Virus record (IMG/VR): IMGVR_UViG_3300029993_000005
Location: 166,111 to 230,110 of that record
Reading direction: 5' to 3' (one strand)
Length of the DNA stretch: 64,000 bases
Part shown: piece by piece, positions 39,505-50,218 of the stretch
Layout: each line of letters starts with the position of its first letter
How positions within the stretch are numbered: position 1 is the first letter of the stretch
Notes under the pieces: generated by a model
The model's input: only the letters and a program-made list of their open reading frames with translations
Told to the model about the DNA's origin: nothing
Database searches by the model: none
Position numbers and translations under genes: made by a program

Positions 39505-40410
39505 CTATAAAAACTGCTGAGGTTTTGAACTTCCAGGGACATCTAAATCTGCTTTTACTTCTGACGTCCAAGGATACTCAACCCAATCTGAAAGGGCTGA
39601 CGCCCAAGCTGGATCCCGAACAATGGAACACTCTATCGGACTTATTCCGTGAGCATTCAAAAATGCTAAATGCGATGAGCCATCATAATCTTGATAGCGT
39701 TTCCAATTGACGTTGTCCGTACCTGAAGTATGTGAGCAACGTCTGTCCTTAGAGCAAACGGTTCCGCAATAACCGCAGGTAAAACTATCGACTAGAGCAC
39801 CCATAGAATAAGTATTAATTGTTCCATCTAAAACCTGTTGAGCAATGTCCGGATACTTATTTTTATCAATGCCTAAAAGACCCATCACTTTCCACAGTTT
39901 TCCATTCCCATAACCCTGGACTTTATTGAAAGATGCGTCAAAGATAACTCCATGTGCCGTGGAGCAGTCCTCATTGGAATGTTCCTCATGGATCGGGCAA
40001 CCTACCCAGGCCTTATAAGACAATCTGTTTATTGGTGGTGGTTGAAATCTTACTAATTCGGAACGCGGAAATGCAATGCCGTTTCGATTAGGAAGATCGG
40101 ATGGACATATAATAGTCCGGACCAATATGTAGTCTTCAATACGGGGCGAAATTTTGTAGACCGGAGCACAGAAGGGTAGCCATGTTGCGTAATCCAGTTC
40201 ACTAATTCGCGCCATTTCTTTTTCAGCTTCAAACGTTTCGATTGATCGCTGAAGGTTATCTACTGAGTTGGTTTCTAACGTGCGTTCTAGAGGCACAGTA
40301 TCGGCTGTAACTTGATGCTGGTATTTAGCAACACTAAGCTTTTGGTGGGCACTGACACTGACACTGGCACGGGCACTCAGAAATGATTTTGGTACCTGAA
40401 GGTTAGCCAT
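39505..40410 (-). CDS. Prohead protease (HK97/assemblin-fold type) with a Zn-ribbon insertion
   Basis: D.PNRNG..F, P.HEEH, YSMG, CGYCG..CSH, ECSIVRDPA. Confidence 0.75.
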   Translation of the reverse strand: MANLQVPKSFLSARASVSVSAHQKLSVAKYQHQVTADTVPLERTLETNSVDNLQRSIETFEAEKEMARISELDYATWLPFCAPVYKISPRIEDYILVRTIICPSDLPNRNGIAFPRSELVRFQPPPINRLSYKAWVGCPIHEEHSNEDCSTAHGVIFDASFNKVQGYGNGKLWKVMGLLGIDKNKYPDIAQQVLDGTINTYSMGALVDSFTCGYCGTVCSKDRRCSHTSGTDNVNWKRYQDYDGSSHLAFLNAHGISPIECSIVRDPAWASALSDWVEYPWTSEVKADLDVPGSSKPQQFL

Positions 40411-40417
40411 ATAGACC

Positions 40418-40810
40418 TCAATGAGATACTACGTAGAACTCACCAGCTTCAGTCCACGTAACCCGAATACACGAGAATAAATTAATTGTTGGTTGAACAA
40501 TCGTATCTGCAGGAACCGTCAGCGTGTTAGCCCATTTAACGGAGGCCTGGACCGCTGGATCAGGATTGGCAGCTAATCCCGCGTTCTGCAAGGTGAAGTC
40601 CACGGTACAGCCACCAGTCGATTGAAAAGCGTAACCCTGAAACAATTTATTATTTGAAGTACAGGACGCGGCCGTGAAATAAGCTACGTCTCCGGCCTTG
40701 CCAACAGCGCCAACCCAACTAATAATTCCGTCAGGTTGGTTGCTGATGCCAATACCATCGGCTCCACCTTTGAAATAGGCTGACCGATTGCTAATTACTT
40801 TGGCAACCAT
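40418..40810 (-). CDS. Probable virion protein
   Basis: Beta-rich ORF in the head module. Confidence 0.6.
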   Translation of the reverse strand: MVAKVISNRSAYFKGGADGIGISNQPDGIISWVGAVGKAGDVAYFTAASCTSNNKLFQGYAFQSTGGCTVDFTLQNAGLAANPDPAVQASVKWANTLTVPADTIVQPTINLFSCIRVTWTEAGEFYVVSH

Positions 40811-40825
40811 GATTCATCCTTTGAC

Positions 40826-41323
40826 TTAGGGTTGTGGCGTAACTTCGGGTTCGATTGTTTGTGTTGATTGTTCTACAACCGGAATACTTTCTGTAGCTGG
40901 TGCTGCAACTTCAGTTACTGCCTCTGGCGTAGGTTCAGCAACAGTCTCAATCACTGGCGTCTGCTCTACAGCCGGTGCAACAACTTCGGTAACTACAGGT
41001 TCAGCAACGGGTGCTGAATCCGTAATAGTTGATGCCTCAACAGCAGGGACTGGAGTTACCGGCGCTGCCGCAGGAGCCTCAACTTTAGGACCAGCAACTT
41101 GTGCACCAGCAGTAGTTTCTGCCTGCGGGTGGCCTGGAAAATCCTTGGTGATTGTCGAGGGATAAGCCAGACCATATTGAACCTGTTTCTTGGAAAGCCC
41201 AAGATGCAAATAAGCCCAGTCATAGAGTTCAAGCATATCTTTGTGCGCCAATTCCGCGCCCTCGGTAACCACGTGACCAGCCTCAGTCAATGCTGCTTTA
41301 ATTTTTGAGATATTGAAACTCAT
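40826..41323 (-). CDS. Hypothetical protein with a Pro/Ala/Thr/Glu-rich tail
   Basis: GGAG RBS; AATTTAAT motif upstream. Confidence 0.65.
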   Translation of the reverse strand: MSFNISKIKAALTEAGHVVTEGAELAHKDMLELYDWAYLHLGLSKKQVQYGLAYPSTITKDFPGHPQAETTAGAQVAGPKVEAPAAAPVTPVPAVEASTITDSAPVAEPVVTEVVAPAVEQTPVIETVAEPTPEAVTEVAAPATESIPVVEQSTQTIEPEVTPQP

Positions 41324-41367
41324 GTATAGCTCCTAGGTGAAGAATGGATTCATGAACAGCGCTACAA

Positions 41368-44300
41368 TTAAATTGTGTTGTTTTCAGTTTGGCGAAATTT
41401 CAATTTTCGTAACTTATTGAATTCTCTGGACAGCGATTTAGCATTAGTTATGGTCATACCTAGGGCCACTATTTTACGCACGACGTCCCGCACTTCTTTT
41501 ACTGAGCCGTAAAATGACATGGTGGACTCGCTCTTGTGCCATTCATAGGTTGGTCGTTTAAATCGCATAGCAGCCTTCGTACCTGCTTGGCCTACTGCCG
41601 GTAATACCAAGTAAGGTACGCCGTTCTGGATCATCGGATAAGGCTTGTAAACGTGTTTATCGTTATTCGGTTTGTGCTGCAATTGATAGAAATTCACCGT
41701 CTTTGATTTAGATAAAGCTTTGACCACGGATTCATGGTCAGAAACTTCTTCCTCGACTAAAAGATGCAACATAGCTTGGAGGGATTCCCGCACACCGTTT
41801 TTGTAGACCGACGGATCAGGAGTCAGCCCCTTCTGACGCCAGAGTTTGAATTGATTTCTTAGGGCCGCAGCATTCTTGACCTCAGAATAATAAAAGTCAG
41901 ACATGGGTCGCAAGCCACACTTAGTCAACAATTGAATTGCAGCCTGACTACTATTGGTCATCACGTAGTCAATGCCCAAGAAGCCATTGGCAACCACGAA
42001 TTCTAGGCGAATAGTGGTGTCGGCTTTACGCTGGCGCTCACGGACTTTGTACTCGCGAACTTTGATCTTGGTCTCTTGCTTCTTAATTTTTGCTGCTAAT
42101 CCTTTGGAAGGCTTCCAAGATGTAGCCAAGGTGTTAATCGAACGAGTGACAGGAAAATCGCCAACTAAAGTCAATAATTGTTCTCTAGTGTCGTGGGCCA
42201 CTGAATCAGGAGCAAGCAAGAACACTTGAGACTTGTGGGTCTGCACGGAATAGCTGTTGAGCAGATCAATCGTAATCAGCGCATTGTTAGGAGCACATTT
42301 CGAAATATAGCCGTTGCCATATTCCGTGTGGACTAGTCTGTGTTTGAGTTCCTGTGCTTTCTGTTTGCGTTCAATCGAGACCTGATCGCTACCCGAGTCA
42401 TCAGAGAATTCATTCTCGTCATCGTCATCGGAGTCTGAGTCAATATTGGTATTCAGATTGAGGAATTCGTCAATACGAATAAGACCTAGAGCTTCGGCCC
42501 CAAACAAATTCATCCCCGGAGTATAGACCGTGCTAGTCAGTAACTTGGTATCTGCGGGTGCCTCAGCAACAGGAATTAATTCTAGAGCTGGGGCCTTGCC
42601 ATACTTAGCGATGTAGTCCTCTTTGTACTGACGGTAGTCCTCATCACGTACCTTCACATAAACAGCTTGTGCCTTTGCATAGTCCAATAGTCCTGGATTA
42701 TCTGGGCCTAGGGCCACCCAACTATTGAACTCGATAATTGAGTCAATAGTCATGCTGATAGTTGGTACATCAGGAATAGTGGAATACTCAGCGTTGTCCG
42801 CGTTCTCAAACTTAGCAGCTGCAATTACCTTCGAAATTAAGCGTGCGCTTTTCGTGATGTCAATCGTGCGATCAGCAACCACAGTGTCAAAGAAGATTTC
42901 TTTGCGGAATTCTTCTTTCTTGAGTTCCGGTCTATCGATACGAGAATTACCTTGTTCCAATGTACCTGGGTTCCACGGACTTTCACATCTGATCAATCGG
43001 TCTGAATGCTGAAAATTGAGACCTTCATTCATGGACGCCTCTACACCCGCCATCCATCGAATGGTCTTAATCTTTTCGTACTTAGCGCCATCCTCGATCT
43101 TACGATGAGCCTTATATAGTATTCCGCACTCTTTTAATTCTGGGCCTGCCAGTTCATAGATTTCTTCAGCAGAAATAATGTTGTTGGTGAAGATCAGGAC
43201 CTTGCCGGGAAAAGGTCCGTATTGGACTTTCTCGCCAGTATCAGGGTCCGTAATTAAGCCACCGAAAATATGCAAGCGTACACGTTCAAGAATAGCTAGA
43301 ACCTTAGGGCTAATTGCATCTTCACCCTGTAGTTGATCAGGTGCGATCTTTCCCGGCGCAATGATGAATTGTTCTAGAGTTGCTAGATAAGGCATGATCG
43401 CAGTCTCTGTCAACTCACCTGAGTCTTCGTCTACTGGATTATCGTAGTCAAAGTCCTCAGGTGCCTCGCCCTCGACGTCTTGGGCAAAGAATTTACGCAA
43501 GGCCAGCGCCTTTTTCCTTGAACCCTTGATCGAGTCCTCTTGCATTTTCTTTAGTGCGCCAGCCAGCAAATCGTTGTATACGCTCTGCTGATTAGGTGTC
43601 AGAGTCACACCACCAATCCATTCGCGCTTGGACGGCAATAATGCAGCCCACTCCTTGCGCATAGCCCTGGCCTCTACAATCCGGGATCTGATTTTAAGCA
43701 TGATCTGGACCTGGGCACCAGGCTTCCATTCAACTACACGGTCACTTTTGACGATCAAGCCATAAGTATTATTGAAGTTCTCACGTGATCCAAAAAGCGT
43801 TGGGTCCAGAGCCATAATTTGGAGGGCTAAATCCGATGGCGAATCGTGAACCATGGTTCCGGACGCCAGTCGTTTCTTTGGAATGTCTGTGATCAACATC
43901 ATGGCTGCACGTGTACGCGCCGTATTATTCTTGACGCGATGGGCCTCGTCTAAGGCTGAATAACCGAAGTCGAATTGACGCAAGAAATCAATGACAGGAA
44001 ATACCTGGATCGGGGTCGTTCCGTAATTAATTATTCGATTGAAACCCTTGGGCACGTAGCTCAGGGTGTCATAGGCAACAAACACCACGGTGTTACGTGG
44101 TGCCTGCTCAAACAGGGTCTGCAGACGTGCGAATCCCAACTGGCGTATGGCAGAATTGGTGATAGCCAATACGTTCAGTTGTCCGTTAGTAAAGTACGCA
44201 ACTTCTTTTACGTAGTTCGATACCAAATGACCTGGGCACAAAACAATGTAAGGATCATTTGAATTTTCTTTAATTTCGTACAATATGTCGGTGATAAGAA

Positions 44301-46026
44301 GTAAACTTTTTCCACCCCCTGCTTGTACGGGTAGAATTGCTAGGTCAGGACTGTCCTTCAGTAAATTGCGTACTTTCTTTTGATGCGGCAAGAACCCAAT
44401 ATTCGGAGCCAGCAACGGAATAGCTGGAATTTCCCAATCAGGATCAACACCCTGATTAATTGCTGCATACCGATTGGCCTCATCATTGGTGCGTACCCAT
44501 TCCATCCGTGATGCATATTTAGCAATCAGGGTTAGCCAGGGCAGCATTTCAGTAACAGAGGCTACACTCCATTTCGTGTACACGGCCTCCAGGTTTTCAT
44601 TGATAGCTGTTTCAAGGATAGCGAAATACCGGGCCAATGATCTGAATGGCCCGAAACCTGTTTCGCTTATTTCGGAAAACTTAATTGATGATCGATCTTC
44701 ATATCTTTGATGAAGTACCACAGATGCTTTAAACCAGTCTTGTGGACCGGCCGCACTATCAAATGTATGTTGAAGCTGCGGCTCTAGGGCTAGGCCCTCA
44801 AAATCCGAATCTTGAATGCATGAACGAAAGAAATTGGGATCAATGCCTGCGCTCTTGCCCATGCGAGCAAACCAGTCTACTTTTTCTGACGTAATAAACC
44901 GGTTGTCCAACAGTTCACGGATGTGCGAAATATCTGCCTTGCGATGACGTGTTAGGTCCTCAACATGCAAGTTTCCCTGAGTGTTGGTGTACGAAAATTT
45001 GTTGTTCACCCAGTCAAGGGCCACCACCATGTTATGTGGGAGTTGCGTCCTAGCGTCAGTTTGTGAGCCTAATTCTAGGTTAGCTGAGGCTAGAGTAGAT
45101 AAAGCAAAACAATCGTTGTGAGTCCCGGCCTGTGCATAGCGATCTTCATAAACAATTGCGTTATTTCGATCTACTGTTAGAGGAATAAATTCGGGTTCGC
45201 CAACAGGTGAAATAGAAATATTGTACTTATTTGTACGAGCGGATTCAACGTGATCTGGAGGCAAGCCAAACACGATTTTCGAAATCGGAAACGAAGCAGT
45301 GCTAGGCAGTCCTCGTTCGCCAAAGCCTGAACCTACCCAGTGCAGAATCAATGGATAGATATCGATGTCACGAATCTGAGACCACTCGGTGGTCGTTAGT
45401 TGTTCGGCCTCGTCCTTAGCTATTTTGAAGTCCGCAAAAATGATGTACAGATGTCCTCTAACTTGGACTTTTAATTCTAAGAAGCAATTGAGCAACGCCT
45501 GTTTAGTTGTGGCCTTGATGTCTTTCAGGTTAGCGATAACAGTAGCTGCCGGGACACTTCTTGTGGACACAAAAGAAAGGGATTCGTCACCCAAAAGTTC
45601 AGCAAATTCTTTGTACTCTTGAACCTGCTGCATGTTGGCTTCTGGACCATGCGTTTTCTCACCCAGAAACCAGTCTTTCAAGAAGGCTAATGGCGCACCC
45701 CACGTGTCCTTGCTAAAAGATGCCAGCGGCAATGACACCTCGTAATGAGGAATATGTGCATCGTCTACTTTGTTGATTGATAAATAGGTCTTCGGATTTA
45801 TTTTTCTTAATTTTTCGGCCAACAATCGACTGGAGCCACGGCGTGGGTCTGCAACAATCGAAGGAAAGAAGGTTGACGCCCACAAAGTAGTCAGAAAGAA
45901 AGACGGACTCCCACTGTATTTTTCTGTGTAGAAATGCATGAAGCGCTCACCCATAAGACGTCGGTTGAGCTTCAGGTGCTGAGGTACCACCAAATTCGAT
46001 TTGGGCCTTAGCTTGTCTTTTAGCAT
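41368..46026 (-). CDS. Large SNF2-family helicase/ATPase (1552 aa)
   Basis: LPHQKK, AGGGKS, LDEAHRVKN, ASGT, EGLNFQ..RLIRCESPWNPGTLEQGNSRIDR. Confidence 0.85.
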   Translation of the reverse strand: MLKDKLRPKSNLVVPQHLKLNRRLMGERFMHFYTEKYSGSPSFFLTTLWASTFFPSIVADPRRGSSRLLAEKLRKINPKTYLSINKVDDAHIPHYEVSLPLASFSKDTWGAPLAFLKDWFLGEKTHGPEANMQQVQEYKEFAELLGDESLSFVSTRSVPAATVIANLKDIKATTKQALLNCFLELKVQVRGHLYIIFADFKIAKDEAEQLTTTEWSQIRDIDIYPLILHWVGSGFGERGLPSTASFPISKIVFGLPPDHVESARTNKYNISISPVGEPEFIPLTVDRNNAIVYEDRYAQAGTHNDCFALSTLASANLELGSQTDARTQLPHNMVVALDWVNNKFSYTNTQGNLHVEDLTRHRKADISHIRELLDNRFITSEKVDWFARMGKSAGIDPNFFRSCIQDSDFEGLALEPQLQHTFDSAAGPQDWFKASVVLHQRYEDRSSIKFSEISETGFGPFRSLARYFAILETAINENLEAVYTKWSVASVTEMLPWLTLIAKYASRMEWVRTNDEANRYAAINQGVDPDWEIPAIPLLAPNIGFLPHQKKVRNLLKDSPDLAILPVQAGGGKSLLLITDILYEIKENSNDPYIVLCPGHLVSNYVKEVAYFTNGQLNVLAITNSAIRQLGFARLQTLFEQAPRNTVVFVAYDTLSYVPKGFNRIINYGTTPIQVFPVIDFLRQFDFGYSALDEAHRVKNNTARTRAAMMLITDIPKKRLASGTMVHDSPSDLALQIMALDPTLFGSRENFNNTYGLIVKSDRVVEWKPGAQVQIMLKIRSRIVEARAMRKEWAALLPSKREWIGGVTLTPNQQSVYNDLLAGALKKMQEDSIKGSRKKALALRKFFAQDVEGEAPEDFDYDNPVDEDSGELTETAIMPYLATLEQFIIAPGKIAPDQLQGEDAISPKVLAILERVRLHIFGGLITDPDTGEKVQYGPFPGKVLIFTNNIISAEEIYELAGPELKECGILYKAHRKIEDGAKYEKIKTIRWMAGVEASMNEGLNFQHSDRLIRCESPWNPGTLEQGNSRIDRPELKKEEFRKEIFFDTVVADRTIDITKSARLISKVIAAAKFENADNAEYSTIPDVPTISMTIDSIIEFNSWVALGPDNPGLLDYAKAQAVYVKVRDEDYRQYKEDYIAKYGKAPALELIPVAEAPADTKLLTSTVYTPGMNLFGAEALGLIRIDEFLNLNTNIDSDSDDDDENEFSDDSGSDQVSIERKQKAQELKHRLVHTEYGNGYISKCAPNNALITIDLLNSYSVQTHKSQVFLLAPDSVAHDTREQLLTLVGDFPVTRSINTLATSWKPSKGLAAKIKKQETKIKVREYKVRERQRKADTTIRLEFVVANGFLGIDYVMTNSSQAAIQLLTKCGLRPMSDFYYSEVKNAAALRNQFKLWRQKGLTPDPSVYKNGVRESLQAMLHLLVEEEVSDHESVVKALSKSKTVNFYQLQHKPNNDKHVYKPYPMIQNGVPYLVLPAVGQAGTKAAMRFKRPTYEWHKSESTMSFYGSVKEVRDVVRKIVALGMTITNAKSLSREFNKLRKLKFRQTENNTI

Positions 46027-46119
46027 AAGTTTCCGTAAAAATTAGGGTAAGACATGGACTTAATATTGTACATCAATTCTCAAAGCTATCAATCCTGATT
46101 GCAAAATCTGATCAGCAAA

Positions 46120-46153
46120 TAGAAAAGAGCCCACCTTATTAGGGATGGGCTCT
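46120..46153 (-). terminator. Intrinsic terminator
   Basis: AGAGCCCA/TGGGCTCT stem followed by UUUCUAUUU. Confidence 0.75.
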
Positions 46154-46179
46154 GGACTGACAAATGAAAGGGCCTACTC

Positions 46180-46554
46180 TTATTTACTAACGCTCGTAGT
46201 ATCCGGCGAACTTGAAACGATAGTTGTTTCAGACACGGCGCTAGGCACCGTAACTACAGTTGAGGAAACAATAGAGCCGGAACTTGTGGAACCGGAACCA
46301 GAAGCTGACGCACTCGCAGCACTGGTCTCAGTCTTAGCTGCTTCTTTCTTGACCGCCGATGCAACGTCTAAAGCTACTTTCTGCACGTCCGTGTCGATGG
46401 TGGTCAGGAAGTGACCTAGCAGGGTTGGATTGGTACGCAACAAATAGCGGTAGACCAAGACACCTAGGACTAAACCAATCAAAAGAAAGGGCACGTCAAC
46501 AGCCAGGCGTACAGCGGTTTCAACCGCACTCACAATAGTGGTGACATCATTCAT
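46180..46554 (-). CDS. Single-pass membrane protein
   Basis: PFLLIGLVLGVLVY segment; Ser/Thr-rich tail. Confidence 0.65.
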   Translation of the reverse strand: MNDVTTIVSAVETAVRLAVDVPFLLIGLVLGVLVYRYLLRTNPTLLGHFLTTIDTDVQKVALDVASAVKKEAAKTETSAASASASGSGSTSSGSIVSSTVVTVPSAVSETTIVSSSPDTTSVSK

Positions 46555-46567
46555 TTCTTTTTTCCTT

Positions 46568-47299
46568 TTAAATAAGACGGCGTAGGGTCTTCAACGGTCG
46601 TGCTGACATCATGACTGGACGCCATAAAATATCCAACACGAATTTCTCAATTTCTGCCTTTGACGGCAATTGATTGGTAGGCAAATCAGGGAAAATAGGA
46701 CACACAATTTCGTAACCTAGATGCCAACGTTGATCCATTGATCTGGAATAGTCGTTGTACGCAAATAGTGTAAGTCCGTCCATCAATTGACGCCTGTAAT
46801 GTCCGTTAAGCGTGTCTAACTGGAATTTAGGGTAGGGTGTGCGCTTCAACCATTCAACAAACGTTGGATCCTTTACGTTGACATCAGCATTAACTGTTAG
46901 CACGAATCCTTTGTCAGTTACTTTGACCTCTCTGGTAGTCGACTTGATAAATAGGTTACCAAACAAATCGGTTAGATTCACGAACTTGACGAAGGCCCGA
47001 CGACGCTCAGTCAAATACGTTGAAATCTGATCATTGCGTGACTGGCTAACGTTCTGGAACGGAAACAAATCATGAACCATACACAGATCAACGTATCTGC
47101 GAATAGCTACAGACCAGTCAAGAATCGAATTGTTTGTGACCTCCGATTCAGTAACTGCCTGAGCCCAGGCCAATCGATTGTTCTGATTAAAAGCCAACGG
47201 AAATCCTTCAATCGTTGGCTTCCGTGCTTGCTGCAGAACGGGAATTCCCAAGTTACTGAGAAATGGATGCTGCGTCTGTTCCTCACGTTCACGACTCAT
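46568..47299 (-). CDS. Hypothetical, probably structural, protein
   Basis: 243-aa ORF in a packed operon. Confidence 0.7.
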   Translation of the reverse strand: MSREREEQTQHPFLSNLGIPVLQQARKPTIEGFPLAFNQNNRLAWAQAVTESEVTNNSILDWSVAIRRYVDLCMVHDLFPFQNVSQSRNDQISTYLTERRRAFVKFVNLTDLFGNLFIKSTTREVKVTDKGFVLTVNADVNVKDPTFVEWLKRTPYPKFQLDTLNGHYRRQLMDGLTLFAYNDYSRSMDQRWHLGYEIVCPIFPDLPTNQLPSKAEIEKFVLDILWRPVMMSARPLKTLRRLI

Positions 47300-47301
47300 G
47301 A

Positions 47302-47751
47302 TTAACCCGCACTTTCAGTCAGACGTAAAGCGGCTTTGAGTTGCATGGGTGCAACGCCGTCACTAATCATTGCATCTTTGTCACCGTCAATTCCGGTCCC
47401 CACATCGTTGATGCCAACACCGTCATTTAATGTTGAATCCTGCAATGCTTGCTGGCTAGTAGTTCCCGCTGGTGCCCCGTCATTTAACACCAAGTCTTCA
47501 ACGCTAGTTGTGTTCGGATCGTACTCGCCGTCCAGCACTTCTTCGCTCTCTGTCTGGGGTGGTTGAACTATTTCAGCCACTACTTCTTGTTCAATTTCGT
47601 TGGTGTCGGCCAACATGGCATAAGCAATTGATTCTAAACTTTCATGATCAACACCAACGGACTCAGCCAGCGCGTGGAACTGAGCATCAGACGGTTCAGG
47701 ATTGATCTGAAGAAACAAAGCAATTAGGCTTACAAGTTTTTGATTATCCAT
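47302..47751 (-). CDS. Acidic protein with C-terminal AALRL
   Basis: ATG 47751 (MDNQK); PSDAQFHALA..LESIAYAML; ends QLKAALRLTESAG. Confidence 0.7.
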   Translation of the reverse strand: MDNQKLVSLIALFLQINPEPSDAQFHALAESVGVDHESLESIAYAMLADTNEIEQEVVAEIVQPPQTESEEVLDGEYDPNTTSVEDLVLNDGAPAGTTSQQALQDSTLNDGVGINDVGTGIDGDKDAMISDGVAPMQLKAALRLTESAG

Positions 47752-47764
47752 GACAGGTTTCTCT

Positions 47765-48145
47765 CTATAGGGCACGCAATTGGGACAGGACTTCGTCTAG
47801 TCCAGGTACCTTTTTATTTACTTCCGTTGCTGCTTTTCCGATTGAAGCCAGTAAGCTTTGATCATCCGAGCCTTCGGCCTTTAATTCGTACTTGTATTTA
47901 GAGGCCTTGAAATAAAAGTTTAAGTCCTCATCAACCGTACTGAAGTTCAAGACCGCTTGATACTCGGAAGTGCGCCAGATCAAAGACTGGTTGGTAGACG
48001 ATCTATCATCCAGCAGAAAATGAATGCCTAGAATTCTTTTTAGAATGGTCAGCACGTTTTCCACGTCCTCGGGACCTGCCTCTATGTTGGTGCCTTTCTC
48101 ATCGGCGTCTGCCAATAGGCGTAGGGCTGCTGTGATCATGGTCAT
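47765..48145 (-). CDS. Hypothetical protein with AAxRL leader
   Basis: MTMITAALRLLA. Confidence 0.7.
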   Translation of the reverse strand: MTMITAALRLLADADEKGTNIEAGPEDVENVLTILKRILGIHFLLDDRSSTNQSLIWRTSEYQAVLNFSTVDEDLNFYFKASKYKYELKAEGSDDQSLLASIGKAATEVNKKVPGLDEVLSQLRAL

Positions 48146-48173
48146 AATTACCTTTTCAGAAGCTAATGTTGGT

Positions 48174-48500
48174 TCATCTTTTCTTTAATTGTGCTGCTCT
48201 AACTAAATGTGGGTGCCTACGGTCGTGACAGGCCTGGCACAAAAGAATTAAGTTAGATAAATTATTGGTGCCACCAGCGTTTAACGGCTGTATGTGGTGA
48301 ACCTCAGATCCAGGCTTTAAACAACGGGTGCCCCTAATTAAGGCCTGGCACACACCTTTATCCCTAGCATAGGCCTTGGCTCTGAGTTCCCACCAAGAAT
48401 TGTTCTGGGTGAACCCATTGACCGTCGAATAACTGTCTCTTTTTATGCTGGCTACGCCATGCACATTTCGGGCTCTTGGTCGTGATCTGCGCGCCAGCAT
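48174..48500 (-). CDS. HNH endonuclease
   Basis: RDKGVCQ, EVHHIQPL..GGTN..SNLILLCQACH. Confidence 0.9.
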   Translation of the reverse strand: MLARRSRPRARNVHGVASIKRDSYSTVNGFTQNNSWWELRAKAYARDKGVCQALIRGTRCLKPGSEVHHIQPLNAGGTNNLSNLILLCQACHDRRHPHLVRAAQLKKR

Positions 48501-48513
48501 AATTAATTCCTAT

Positions 48514-49002
48514 TTACGATAGAATAGCCGGAGCCGTAGCGGAAATTGCGGGCACCTGGTTACCGCCAACAGTCGGGACCACCGAAGCTGTAAACGTACC
48601 GGCCGCACTATAGGTATAAGTCAGGTGAGGTACTGTGGTAACCTGCGGGGATGAACCGTCACCCAGGTGCCAAGAATACGAAGTACCTGTAGCTCCGGTC
48701 TCGGTCAGGGTCCATGTAACAGGTGTAGATGCATGGGCACCAGTCAATGGAGTACCGGCCAACGTTGCATGATAGTCATCGATCTCTACAGCGTCCAACA
48801 CGGATACAGGCATGATCGATGGATAAGCAAACCCGTAATTAGTTTGATACTTGCTGTATGCAACACCACCTTTGTAGGTAGCAGCTGCAGCGAACTTATC
48901 GTAGGATGCTTGGTCAATTCCTTCCCAATTGGAGCCAGCGCTGGTTGGTAGTCCAGCAGCAACCAAGGCCGCTTTAGCATTCGTGTAATTTACAGTAGTC
49001 AT
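48514..49002 (-). CDS. PKD/Ig-domain virion surface protein
   Basis: YSWHLGDGS..HLTYTYSAAGTFTASV; ATG 49002. Confidence 0.8.
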   Translation of the reverse strand: MTTVNYTNAKAALVAAGLPTSAGSNWEGIDQASYDKFAAAATYKGGVAYSKYQTNYGFAYPSIMPVSVLDAVEIDDYHATLAGTPLTGAHASTPVTWTLTETGATGTSYSWHLGDGSSPQVTTVPHLTYTYSAAGTFTASVVPTVGGNQVPAISATAPAILS

Positions 49003-49010
49003 TGTTAGCC

Positions 49011-49358
49011 TCAAATGGAAAAGAAAATTCTTAACGCTACCTGCACGCGCTGCAAGCATACGCCGTCGTTACCCTTAACCGCGAACGAAACCCTTTTGAA
49101 TATTCCAGGGCTTGCATTCATGGCGTACTTTAAACGGTTCAAAACTTCAACAGAGGCTTCGGCCTCACGTCCAACATCCTCTGGATTGCTCTTGTGGAAC
49201 ATCAAATGTGGGTGTACGAATTTATAAATTAAGCCGTGCTTGCGCAACTCGGCCTGTATTTTACGAAGCTCATCACCTTTACCTTCGTGAATTTGAGCCT
49301 CTACTTTTTGTTCTTCATCTTCTATAGCTTTCAGTCTCTGAGCTGCATGCACGTACAT
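49011..49358 (-). CDS. Hypothetical protein with AAxRL leader
   Basis: MYVHAAQRLKA. Confidence 0.7.
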   Translation of the reverse strand: MYVHAAQRLKAIEDEEQKVEAQIHEGKGDELRKIQAELRKHGLIYKFVHPHLMFHKSNPEDVGREAEASVEVLNRLKYAMNASPGIFKRVSFAVKGNDGVCLQRVQVALRIFFSI

Positions 49359-49394
49359 TAATTATCCTTATAGTTCAAAACTGACTCATAAATT

Positions 49395-49829
49395 CTATTG
49401 CGGTGGATTTCCAGCTGGTGTAACTGAATTATCCTGGGGTCCACCCATTCCCACTCCACCCACATTAGAATTAGCCGGGATTTGGTTGCTACCGTAGCTG
49501 AAGTCCGTGCGTCCTCGACTAGTCGTCCATTGATTGATGGCCTGGGCGGCTGTCCATATCCCCATGTACGTAGTGAAGTACACACTGTCCATTCGATTTT
49601 GTAGCGCTAAATACACCAAGAGCCAAGTACTCATGACTAGAGCCGTGAGTTGCCCTAGTTTATGAATAGAAGGTTGCTTGGTTTGCTCATCAACGATTAA
49701 TGACCGTAGGTCTAAATTATCTTTAGTTCGTTGTACTACCCATAAAAGTATTAGGGCAATGACCACTATTGCCAACAGGACAAAGGCCATGGGATTTTGA
49801 ACAATGAACGAAAGTACGGTATTAAACAT
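49395..49829 (-). CDS. Holin-like membrane protein
   Basis: Two or three hydrophobic helices; S..KLGQL.A..STW. Confidence 0.55.
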   Translation of the reverse strand: MFNTVLSFIVQNPMAFVLLAIVVIALILLWVVQRTKDNLDLRSLIVDEQTKQPSIHKLGQLTALVMSTWLLVYLALQNRMDSVYFTTYMGIWTAAQAINQWTTSRGRTDFSYGSNQIPANSNVGGVGMGGPQDNSVTPAGNPPQ

Positions 49830-49918
49830 GAGTGAGCTCCGTGAGCCTAGACCTACATCTACTATGGGTTTATTTTTTGAATGCTTGTGACTGTGATTGT
49901 GAGACTATTACTATTAAA

Positions 49919-50215
49919 TTAGTGCCAGTAACTTAAGTTCAGGTTTCCACCGTGGACCCCAATAGAGATTTCATGATTGGCTTTGGTGTACGTGTCCAGG
50001 CCGTCAACTTCGGATGCCTTCTTTGCGTAGCTAAAACCTGCGATCTCTAAGTTATGAATAAAACGTGCGGCCTTTTCATAAGCATCTTTAGGTGAACTGC
50101 ATCTGAAAATATTGGTGCCCAGTTTAAGTTTGAACCCACCTTCTTTTTCTAGGTCCTCACCGGCATAAACCGTAGTAGTTGAGGCCAGTATTCGCTGACG
50201 TGCATTTGTTTTCAT
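49919..50215 (-). CDS. Hypothetical protein with a variant leader
   Basis: MKTNARQRILA. Confidence 0.65.
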   Translation of the reverse strand: MKTNARQRILASTTTVYAGEDLEKEGGFKLKLGTNIFRCSSPKDAYEKAARFIHNLEIAGFSYAKKASEVDGLDTYTKANHEISIGVHGGNLNLSYWH

Positions 50216-50218
50216 AGT

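Noticed and set aside
46181-46189. TAGTAAATA copy on the - strand
   Set aside because: It is made of the codons AGT AAA TAA at a gene end and is followed by a terminator within ~30 nt; probably chance. The 7503 and 16154 copies carry a similar caveat.
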